The position numbers were made by a program, and so were the translations under genes. Positions 52,041-64,000 of a stretch of 64,000 nucleotides of DNA are shown here, in pieces (position 1 is the first letter of the stretch; each line of letters opens with the position of its first letter). The notes below the pieces were generated by a model. That model had not been told where the DNA came from, did no database searches, and saw only the letters and a list, made by a program, of their open reading frames with translations. The DNA is taken from positions 54,250,001 to 54,314,000 of the forward strand of contig NC_043012.1 of the NCBI RefSeq assembly GCF_006345805.1. Direction: 5' to 3'. The stretch comes from Octopus sinensis (taxonomy: Eukaryota).

Positions 52041-52724
52041 TGTGTGTGTGTGTGTGTGCATGGAGCATGTGTGTGTATTTTCAATCTGACCAACAGACGA
52101 GAGGACTTGTCCACACTTGCTATTTTACTCTATCATTAAGAACCAGTTCTAAATGACATAGTGTTGCAGCTCTAATCTTCAGATCTTTGCACGCGCGCGC
52201 GTGTGTTTGTGTGCATGCATATTTATCTATCTATCTATCTATCTCTGTCTGTCTGTCCCTCTGTCTATCTCAAATGTAAGTAATTTATGTCTATAGAAAA
52301 GCAGCGGCGTTTCAAGCGTGAATGTGAAGAAAGTGGCGCATGCCTTAGATATATATATATTAAAAGAATGAACGCAAATAACATAAAATTTTAATATACA
52401 TGTTCATGTTTATGAGAGACTAGTGAAAAGAAGATATTTGAATATTATCCATACATACATACATACATGTATATGTATGTATGTGTGTGCGTGTGTGTGT
52501 GGTGTGTATGCATATTATATATATATATATATATATATCATACACACACACATACACATGTATATTATATACCTTAATTCAATTATGGCTTTTATATTTG
52601 ATATTGCATGTTCTGGCATTAAATACGCTGTCACGACCAATATGAAATAAATAACTATGTATGAATACACAACACACACACACACGCATACACACAACAC
52701 AACACACACACACACACACACACA

Positions 52725-52772
<48 letters not shown>

Positions 52773-52967
52773 ATATAACGTAACATACAGTTATTCTCTT
52801 TAAGTAGTCTCTCATAAACATGAGCATAAATATTAAAATTTGGTCGTACATACGTCTATATATATATATATATATTGTGTATGATATCTATAAAGTATAT
52901 GTAACTTAAATGTTTAAATTGAGAATCAATGTGATTTGATGCATATTTCCCAGTTTATTTAAAGACT

Positions 52968-53188
52968 TCTGGCAGAACCGTTAGCACGCCGGGCGAAATG
53001 CGTAGCCGTATTTCGTCTGCCGTTACGTTCTGAGTTCAAATTCCGCCGAGGTCGACTTTGCCTTTCATCCTTTCGGGGTCGATAAATTAAGTACCAGTTA
53101 CGCACTAGAGTCGATGTAATCGACTTAATTCGTTTGTCTGTCCTTGTTTGTCCCCTCTATGTTTAGCCCCTTGTGAGTAATAAAGAAA
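52968..53188 (+). mobile_element. SINE B monomer
   Basis: Close to the in-window consensus. Confidence 0.9.
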
Positions 53189-53199
53189 CATATCTTTCT

Positions 53200-54330
53200 A
53201 CCAGTATAGTTGCTTATCTATATATCGGTCTATCTAATTATCTATGTACCAATCTACCTATCTAGCTAATCCCTAATTATCATCTATATATAAATATATA
53301 TATTCATACAAATCAGCCTACCTAGCTAGCTAGCTACCGGCCTACCTCCTAATCCTCTTTTTAACACTCTAAGGGACTATTTTTCTGCCTGTGTACCAAG
53401 TTATCTATAAATGAAGCTATCGACCTATTTACAGGCATTTTAATCTATTTACCAATCTATTTACATATCTATCTATTTAACAACCTCTGAAACAATCTCT
53501 CCATCTGTCCAATTACCTATCTCTCTATACATCTATACAACATCCTACCTCTGTATCCGTCTACTTGTTTACAGAACTATTTATCTATCTACCTGGACAT
53601 TTATCCATTTAGTTACCTGTATATCAATCCTTCAACCTATCTACTAACCCATGTATCTATATATCTATCTAATCCTATGAACCAAAAGAAAAAAAAAACG
53701 AAAGGAAAAAAGAGACCCACTTATTGTAACGTGATTTCTTTTTGCATGACACTATTGCCCAAGGTTCCCGTGGTCTTTTCCATAGGCTTTTCTATCCACG
53801 GACAAACCTAATCTGTTTTCCCTTGTTACATTGACATTTCTCTGATACATGATCCCTATTGATCGGCCCCACTTTTTTTTTAATCTTTTCACGATCCCCT
53901 TTCATCGGAATTTTCCCCACACCCTTTTTTTTCACGATCCCTTTTGATCGGAATTCGCCTCTACCCTTTTTTTCCCATTTTCTTCCCAAAAAGAAAAGCT
54001 CTACTTTGTATTTTGTCCCTTCTGTGTTTAGCCCTGCGTGGCCAATAAAGAAATATATATATATATATATCCAAGAACCTATCTATGTATCTGTCTACCT
54101 ATTTACCTATCTATCAATTTATCTATCTATTTCCCGACATATTTATCTATTTTAACTACTTATGAATCTATCTTGTTCCTTATGTACCCACATAGCTATC
54201 TCTACAAGTATCTACCTATCTACTTGTTTGCCTAACTACAGAGCTATTTATCTATCTCCTTACCTATCTATCTATCTTTTTAACAACAAATCTATCTTAC
54301 CATCTATCAATCTACGTACTTATTTAACTA
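53200..54330. repeat. Decayed (CTAT)n low-complexity tract with an embedded degenerate SINE B tail
   Basis: TATC/TACC-rich; TTTGTCCCTTCTGTGTTTAGCCC at about 54012-54035. Confidence 0.7.
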
Positions 54331-54599
54331 TCTTTTAAACCATCTGGCTCTGAAAGCTGTCATGTTATTAATATATAAAGCAGAAGTCACTGTACATATA
54401 AACGTGTCATTTCTATATTCACAAAAAAAAAACCAACGAAAATAGGACAACATAAAGTTTTATAAAGTTGAACTTGAATAGACCAAGCACAATGCTATAC
54501 TTCATTCGGTCTTTCATTGACGTTTCTATGACTTAGGCATAAATTGCATGTATTGCATTCAAGCAGGAAACGCCACTGTTGTATATACTTGAATATGTG

Positions 54600-55220
<621 letters not shown>

Positions 55221-55729
55221 AAGAGTGATGTAGTTTACGCATATGCATACAAATTCTATGAAATAGAACCTAGATATTTCTTAGCAAGTATTTACTGAAC
55301 ACGCATACCACGATGAACAGCATTCCAGCTGCTCAGTGAACGAAATTTCCTATTCATTTTTTCTGGGTCAGTCATTGTCAGGATAAACACGACAACTGTG
55401 CTTAGGTGTGTGCATACGTATGGTCGTGTGTGTGTGGGTAGGGTTTAGTTGTGTGTTTGTGTGTGTGTATATGTTTGTGTGTTTGTGTGGTTTTGTGTGT
55501 ACGTGTTGTTGTGTTTCCTTTTTAAGCAAGGCACTTCTGGTCCGACCAATTGAAAACGAGCACCAGCAATAGCAGGGGTAGAGAAGTGAACCTGTGAGGG
55601 ACTGGTGTCCTATCCAGCAAGAGAAGCGTTGTTTTGTGCTATCAGTTGTTTAAACATCATAGAACCCGAGATAATTTCCCATCGAATGGGTATATAGGCC
55701 CAGCACAAACGAACATTGTTACAGCATAA

Positions 55730-56070
55730 ATACATACATAGATACATATGTACGTACTTAGGCATATATGCACATATGTATGTACATATGTATGTACGCA
55801 TGCATGCACGTATGTATGCATGCATGTAAGTATGCATGCATGTATGTATGCATGAATGTATGTATGCATGCATGTATGTATGCATGAATGTATGTATGCA
55901 TGCATGTATGTATGCATGCATGTATGCATGCATGTATGTATGCATGTGTGTATGAATGCATGTATGTGTGTGTGCATGTATGTAAGAACACATATATATA
56001 CATATGTATATATGCCTGTATCTATCTATCTATCTATCTATCTACCTATCTGTCTGTCTATGTATATGTG
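55730..56070. repeat. (TATG/CATG)n microsatellite
   Basis: Directly visible. Confidence 0.9.
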
Positions 56071-56934
56071 TTGGTATGTATGCATATTATATGAATATTA
56101 AGCTGAGACTTTTATATACAATGACTCTAAGTATTGTGTTTACTCGCTTGTCAGTCTTATTTAATCAAAATGCAGAAACGCACAAATTCTCTTGTTTTTC
56201 CTTTCTTGTTTTCGTCGATGTTTTTGCAAAGATTATAAATGTGAACCGTTTGTATGTGTGCGCGTGTTTGTGCGTGTGTGTGTGAGAGAGAGCGCGCGAG
56301 AGGGGAAGAGGCCGAAAGAGGGAGAGGGAGAGAAAGGAAGAAACCCGAGGCGCTCCAATACTTTTGCAAACCCGTTTCTAGAACCTTCTACCCTTCAACC
56401 TCGCCTCCGCCTGTGAACTATTCCTGTCCTCCATTGCCAGCCAATCCATCTCTGTCACCTTCCCACAAAGATCCTTCTTGGGAACGAGAGTCTTTCTTCA
56501 CATGCTTCCTCTGCTCTGCACAGCACGTCATCCACTATACCCCCTATTCGAAAAATACCTTGCATACTGTATACCGAACACGCGTTTTCCGTAAAGAAAA
56601 ACAATTCATTTTCTCTCTCTGAATTTTTGCTCTCTACGGTCTCAATTCTCTACTCCTTCTTTAATACTTTCCCCGAAACACCTTACACATACACACGGCA
56701 TGTACATACACAATGCACATACGCAACAACCACAACACAAAGACATATATACACTAAATACACGTGAAAATAATATAAACACTCTCATAATTCCGTCCGT
56801 CTCCATCTTACACACAAGAGTAAGACATACAGAGATACTCCCAACATGAGAAACAAACATACAAGACAAATGCAACGCGCACACGCACACACACGAACAC
56901 AAATACACACACACACTATAAAACATACACAGAT

Positions 56935-57530
56935 GAAGGTGTGGCTGTAAGGTAAGACGTTTGCTTTCCAATCACGTGGGCAAGCGACTTCTATAGCCTC
57001 GAGCCCAACAAAGCTTTATGAACGAATTTGGTAGATGGAAACTGAAAGAAGCTTATATGTGTATCTGATATGCATGTGTGGTGTGTGTGTGTGTGTGTGT
57101 GTATGAGATATGTGTGTATATGGTGTGTGTGTGTCTTTGTGTCTGTGTTTGTCCCCAGCACTGCTTGACAACTGATGTTGGTTTGTTTACGTCCCTATAC
57201 ATTAGTGGTTCGGCGTAAGAGACCGATAGAATAAATACCAAGCTTTAAAAAAAGTATTGGAATCGATTCATTTGACAACAGATTATTGAAGACGGTGCCC
57301 CAGCATGGCCGCAATCCAGTGACTGAAGCAAGTAAATGATAAACGATAAAAGACAGGACAGTGAAATCAACGTACACACATGTGCATATAATGTGTGTGT
57401 GCGCGCGCCCCTGCGTGCGTCCGTGTGTGTGTGTGTTTGTGTCTGTGTTTGTGTTCATCCCTCACTACCGCTTGACAGCCGGTGTTGCTTTGTTTACGTC
57501 TCCGTAACTTAGCGGTTCGGCATAAGTGAT
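56935..57530 (+). mobile_element. SINE A (56935-57352) plus a partial second module (57430-57530)
   Basis: Diverged family A modules. Confidence 0.8.
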
Positions 57531-57654
57531 AGATAGATAGACTAAATACCATTTAACATTCACACTCACACTCACTCGCAAAACATACAAATGAATTGAC
57601 ATACAGACAACTATACGTCACTATATGCATATACGTCGGCACGTATGTGCATAT

Positions 57655-58063
57655 TTTTTTTATTGCCCACAGGGTGCTAAACATAAAGGAGAAAAACAAA
57701 GGGATTAAGTCGATTACATCGACCCCAGTGCAGTGCGTAACTGGTACTTAATTATCGACTCCGAAAGGATGAAAGGCAAAGTCGACCTCGGCGGAATTTG
57801 AACTCAGAACATAAGACAGACGAAATACCTATTTCTTTACTACCCACAAGGGGCTAAACACAGAGAGGACAAACAAGGACAGACAAGCGGATTAAGTCGA
57901 TTATATCGACCCCAGTGCGTAACTGGTACTTATTTAGTCGACCCCGAAAGGATGAAAGGCAAAGTCGACCTTGGCGGAAATTGAACTCAGAACGTAACAG
58001 CAGACGAAATACCGCTAAGGATTTCTGCCGACGTGCTAACGATACTGCCAGCTCACCGCCCTA
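57655..58063 (-). mobile_element. SINE B tandem dimer
   Basis: Junction GACGAAATACCTATTTCTTTAC. Confidence 0.88.
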
Positions 58064-58641
58064 ACGACATATTTATTTTTTATTGCCCACAGGGAACAAA
58101 TAATGTGCGGTGGACTTAATCCGTTGTCCGATTTAATATCACCATAGGGCACATTGGAGACCTTTAACGGAAGTCACTGTTTTAAGCATTCGGGCCGCGT
58201 TACAGGTGTGAGGATATCTTCGTCCTACTCCTTTTCTTTCTCTCTTTGCCCCTACTCTCTCACTTCATTCTTCTTCCTCTTCATCCCTCCCTCTCTCCCT
58301 CCCTCCAGTCTCGGAGACCCTGTAAAGAGTCATAGACACTGCTTCTCCCTTGGATAAAGATAAAGGATAAAAGTCCTTCCCGAGTCATATAAACTCACAG
58401 GACCGGTTTCCGTGGCGTATATATTCCTCGCCTGGAAGGGACGCCTGTCCGTCACAGAATTACTCATTTTGCCAGCTGAGTAGACTGAAGCGACGTCAAA
58501 TGAAATTTTTTTTGCCTTCTCCCTTGTTTATAACAAAAAATAAAAATACAATACACAACCACATAAGCGAAAATCTCATACTGCACACAAGAAAAAAACC
58601 AATGAAAGAAACACGTAGGAAAGGTCGGAGTCGGCCAGTAG

Positions 58642-59157
58642 GGTGTCGAGGCCTTCCTCGCGGATGGCCTTGAAAACGATGGAGATAAACACCTGTCAAC
58701 GAGGTGGTTACGCGCAGAACAATCCCACACGCTAACGAATACCCTATTTGTAATACAAACATGTGCCCTGTGTATATACGTAGTATACCAGATACGGTGC
58801 TCCAAATATTACAACTATTACATCGGTGGTAGCACAGTCCGACCACGCCACGTCCGACTGAAGGAACGTCTCAATTCTGACGCTTCTTCCTTCCGCAAAT
58901 TCATAACCAAATGCAGCAACACTACCAAAGAGATAGATGCCTTCATACAAGCCCCAGAGAGGAACACAGGAAATCTTCGTATCAAGGAGGCTATATTGAG
59001 GCATCGCCTCAACCTGAAAAAATCGATAGTCGATCGGAGACGAGTCGGCGACTACAACGAACATCCTGACATACGCCATCAACACCATCTTCCACCACCA
59101 CCACTACCACCACGTGAAAACACGTCGCAACAGTTGGAGAGGCGTTGTTGCTGCTAA
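58642..59157 (+). mobile_element. Penelope-like GIY-YIG endonuclease remnant: a 171-codon stop-to-stop frame with no ATG, absent from the ORF track
   Basis: VVYQIRCSKYYNYYIGGSTVRPRHVRLKERL..NLRIKEAILRHRLN. Confidence 0.75.
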
Positions 59158-59841
59158 TCCAAACGCCGAGCAGTTTAAAATAACTAAATCTGTGTAAATC
59201 CACATATCTTTTTACTTTGCGCTCGAAATATAAAGGGAGTTTTTGTAAGACTTCCTGCATTGTTCGAAGATTTCCTTATTTCTCTTTTCTTTCATGTGTG
59301 TGTGTGTGTGTCTGTATGTGTGTGTGTGTGTGTGTGTACTTACTTTTTTTCTGTTTCATTATTGCCTGTTTCTCTTTTCTTGCGTTTCCCGAACAAAACC
59401 TTATCTATTTTCCAAGGAAAGGTTAACACATTTATACACATGCACACACACACACACGCACACACACGCACACACACGCACACACACACACACACACACA
59501 CATGTGCGTATATGTATGCTCATACATCAAGGTATATATTAATATGCGGCTGAATGTTCTACTATCTCCTTGCCTTGACGTCGTTTTCAGCGAGTGTCGT
59601 TGTCATGCGAAAAATGTTCTTCATTTCCAGTTTTCCATGTAATGATGTCTGGGCATAGTACAATATTATCTATTGCCTTACTTGGAAGCGGGTGAGGATT
59701 GACGATGGGGTCGGCATCCGGTTAGGTTATTCAAAATCTGTCTGATCCATTCGAGCATGGAAAAGAATGCATGTGCCAATATGGAGGACAATATTTTCAA
59801 CGGAGACGTTGCAACCGTATCTGATTGTTCAAGTGCTTCAA

Positions 59842-59935
<94 letters not shown>

Positions 59936-60404
59936 ATATTACATGGATGATAATATTTTCAGCCGATACGTTACAACTGTTACTGACCGTTCAAGTGCTT
60001 CAAATTTGCGTATGAATATATATTTACTTGAATGCTGACATTCATTAATGGTTTCCCCATTGTTTTGATGTTTTATTTTCTAACGCTAATAAAACTGTCG
60101 GCATTTTCGACGACACGGGTATACTAGTACATATAGCATACATCTTTTGAGACTGCGGATCTCGAAATACATAAAGATATTTATATATAATAGCATGTAA
60201 ATATTGAGTTGAAAGCCCCTTTTGCATAGATATGACGGGTGTTCTACCATTGGACCAAAACACTTTTTCGAATTTGTCCATTGATAGAAAATGCAGGGTA
60301 AAATATACCCTGGCAAGAAACACACAGCAGACACCACAGTCAAGCTGTCTATTCCTAGATTGCTGAAACAAGCCTCATTTCAACCGTCAAATATTTGAAA
60401 TACA

Positions 60405-60650
60405 TTCTTTTATTCTTTTATTCTTTGATTTGTTTCTATTATTAGACTGCAGCCATGCTAGGGTACCACCTTGAGGGGTTTTGTTTCGAACAAATCGACC
60501 CCCCCCCCCAGGACTTATTGTTTTAAGACAAGTACTTATCTTATCGATCTCTTTTACCGAACCGCTATATTACGAGGACGTAAACACACCAACCCCGGTT
60601 GTCAAGCGATGATGGGGGTGGGGGACAAACACATACAAAAACACGCACAC
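60405..60650 (-). mobile_element. SINE A 3' half
   Basis: Reverse complement of the second module. Confidence 0.8.
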
Positions 60651-60658
60651 ACATAGAG

Positions 60659-60694
<36 letters not shown>

Positions 60695-60778
60695 GGATGG
60701 AGGAAGGGAAGGAGGGCAGGGATGGACGGACGGACGGGCAGACAGACAGACAGACAGATAGAGAGATAGCTATGTATG

Positions 60779-60835
<57 letters not shown>

Positions 60836-62489
60836 CATCATATTTTGCTTGTATATTAGATTATGTTATTATATGCTTTTATGCAACTATTGAGGTCTTT
60901 CGTATAAGAAAATATATCGACAGAAAATTTATGATCACACACACATATATATATACATACATAGTAGTATGCTTAATAACGTATACTTTAAACATATGTT
61001 ATTGAAAATAGGACTACGCTTCAGCTTGTCAATTTATTATTTATCATTTTTCCCTTTTTGAGCAATAATGTCCGCAAATCCATTTACATTTACGAAAATA
61101 AATGTATTTTCCACTTCAATATATAAAGATAGCTTAGATAAAATTTCAAACGGCTCAGCATCTCCATTTTTTAGATTCTAATGTAGGGATAAGGGACAGA
61201 ATATATCATACTAGTATACGATAAAAATACTGATAAATACCGACACATGAATGGAGATTGTAAATGTCCATATAGATATAACACATCACTTATAAAATCC
61301 CTCCCTGTAACAGCCTCAGATCCACTTTCATAAAAAAAAATGGAAAAAATATCACAAAAACAAATTAACACAATAAATCAAATTGATAGTCAATAAGGGG
61401 TATACAAATAATTTAGTAGACTAAACAGTACAATAATACACAAAAACTGTGAATTCATAAACAGAATACCGTGTGATAAAAAAGAAATGCCGTACATAAA
61501 ATATATTACAAGCATCAAATGCACCCCCGCTATAGAAGAGATGAACGCGCTATCAAAACAATACATCAAATAGAAAAACAACATGCATTAGATGAAATCA
61601 TAAACTAGAATCAATATATTATATATTACACTGTACAAAGCAAATCTAGATGGAAAAACATTAATTCATAACACATCTATAGTACTTCCATCCAGTGGCA
61701 AAAATGTAGTTGATAATATAGAAAGAAAAGCCTTTCCTTTTTTGTTTATAAAATAACTTATCTACTGAAAGAAATATATTGGTCGTGAAAGCTTATATTA
61801 ATAGAAAATACAGAAAATACAGAGTAAAATATATTGCAGTCCATTGCAAGAAACAAACAGCGGACACTATAGCCAAGTTATTTATTTGTAGATTGCTGGA
61901 ATAAGTTTATTGTCAACTGTCAAAAATATTTGAAATCTATAAAAGAGCAAATCGTTCATAACAGTCCTTATTAAACTCAGAGGCTTTGATGGGGTCCCTC
62001 GGTCAAACTTGTACAGTTAGCGGTCAAAACTCGCTGTTATGTCACTCCATCATCTTAAAAGAGCGGATATATTGCATAATGTGGTTCTAGAAACGTGTAA
62101 CTGAAAAATAGGGACGTGACGGAACCGGACGGCCACGGCTGGAAAGCCTTTAATTATACACCTGCACGATAGGGCTAACATATCATAAAACATCGACAAA
62201 AATCCACCAGGATTACTCCATCCCGGAGATAAGTCTAGAAATATCGACGATGAACCTCGGACATGTATTATTTCAGATATAAAATAAAAAGCTTGTGTGT
62301 GCTATTGACGTCAAAAACTTTTAGAAATTTTCAAGAGAACGTTATGTAATTCTTCGCTGGGGAGGCAGTGGATATTGAAGCGTTATGTGCTTCGAGATCC
62401 ACTGTTCCAAATAGCTCTAACAGTTCAAATACTAAAAAGTAAGCATACTCAATTTGATTTATACCAAATAATTTAGGAAAATTAATAGG

Positions 62490-62760
62490 TTGTTTTCCTT
62501 AGCTATATATAAGGATCCCTTCCAGAGGCGAATGGTTTATTTCCCTTGGGTTTTAAAATAAAATAGATATATATATAAGGTTCCCTTCCAGGAGCCCTAT
62601 TATCGATTTTGTTTTCAACAATCTGAGTATGCCATGAGGTTTCCAGACATGTGTTCTACTCACGTGTCACGTTTCATCAAAATCGATAAAACGATGTAGG
62701 AGGAGTTAGCTAACAACTCCACAAACAGATAGAATTTCCTACATATGTAGTAGATATATT
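62490..62760 (+). mobile_element. Possible Helentron/HINE-like non-autonomous repeat
   Basis: GTTTCATCAAAATCG..GATGTAGGAGGAGTT..ACAAACAGATAG motif; internal repeat TATATAAGG.TCCCTTCCAG; assigned from recollection. Confidence 0.3.
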
Positions 62761-62780
62761 ATATCTACATATATACATAT

Positions 62781-62866
<86 letters not shown>

Positions 62867-63544
62867 CCAACGTGTGTGTCACTGCATTGACAAGATAATT
62901 TATAAACACCACTGGCTTTCAGATATAGTCTACTGCTGTCCTGTCATTCGTTCTAGATGAGATCACAAATCAGCCTGCCTGAAGTGAAGTTATGAACTAC
63001 GAAGCGCTAATAGATTAAGCATTAAGACTTAAAACTAGGAAAGCTTCCAGTCAACAATTATTTTTATTTTAATACATTATTTTCTCGCTGTGCTATACTT
63101 GCTCGTCTTTATGATTAGACTATCCGTATAAACGTCACGTATGTAACACTTAAACTGCCCCGACCTTTTTACCAACATTATATACGTGTTGCATGAGAGA
63201 AAACAGCGCATTATAAATACACTCGTACGCACACATTAAAGATACATGTATACAGATAAATTTACGAGTATATATACTCACACAGCTGTATCTGCACCTA
63301 TAAAAAAATAATCAGTAAGATTGAAGAGAAAGAAGAAAAAGGAAAAGGTGAAATAAAATCGAGCAATGTTATAGAAATAGACAGAAATAGTTTAACATGT
63401 ATGCAGTTCGTTTCGTTTTTGTATGCAAGGCAAAACTAGTGAACTCCAGTTCGAATCTGTGTTACGTACATTTTCCAATATTGATCTGCTATTACCTACA
63501 GGTTGATCACCAATGTAAAGTTACTTCGTTCGATGATTTATCTT

Positions 63545-63960
63545 TTATTTTTTTAGTTGTTAGAAGCGGCCATGCTGGGGTACAGTCGTGAGGGAGTATA
63601 TTAGTGGAACTAACTGACTCTAGACCAGGCTGGTACTTACCGGTATAAGTACCAGCCTGGTCTGGTACTTATACGATCGGCCTCTTTTGCCGAACCGCTA
63701 AGTTACGGGGATGTAAACAAACGAGCACCATCCGTCAAGAGGAAGTGGGGAACAAACACAGACACAAAGATACATACGCACACATAGATATATATATACG
63801 TTGAGCTTCTTTCACTTTGCGTCTACCAAATCCAATCACAAGGCTTTGGTCGACCAAAGGCTATAGTAGAAGGCGCTTGTGCAAGGTGTCATGCAGTGGG
63901 ACTGAAACCGGAACCATATGGCTGGAAATCATTCTTCTTACCACACCGCCATGCCAGCGC
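63545..63960 (-). mobile_element. SINE A with an internal inverted duplication
   Basis: Both modules present; 18-bp perfect hairpin at 63622-63663. Confidence 0.85.
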
Positions 63961-64000
63961 CTTTTCCCCATGATGTTCAGTCACGAAGTACAAACTAGTA

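Noticed and set aside
60142-60178. Hammerhead-like stems (GAGA/TCTC, GAAAT..ATA)
   Set aside because: The CUGANGA strand is absent.
62905-62985. Minus-strand AG..GT candidate exon
   Set aside because: Stop codons in all three frames.

Overview
Repeat-saturated, microsatellite-rich eukaryotic DNA. The SINE repertoire resembles what I recall from Octopus assemblies, so a cephalopod source is an inference, not something the sequence proves. I found no intact host gene, tRNA/rRNA gene or CRISPR array, and most ORFs in the supplied track are microsatellite translations. The window holds about 35 tRNA-derived SINE copies from several families, a 2.5-kb 5'-truncated RTE LINE with a 12-bp TSD, four diverged R4/Dong-type RLE retroelements (three of them flanked by (TAA)n tracts) plus a non-coding (TAA)n-embedded element, two Penelope-like (GIY-YIG) remnants, five mariner relics, three kinds of MITE, several fold-back palindromes and a 100-N gap. 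The strongest leads are: (1) two type-I hammerhead ribozyme folds at 2388-2447 and 3556-3595, both with the compensatory U3-A8 core variant, bracketing a Penelope remnant, the first inside a 357-bp circularly permuted, retrozyme-like unit; (2) a strand-polarised (TAA)n-targeting retroelement cluster at 32-41.5 kb; (3) one SINE head/body joined to four different 3' tails. Alignments, translations and folds were done by eye. Repeat boundaries are approximate (about +/-10-20 bp) unless a TSD or TIR fixes them.
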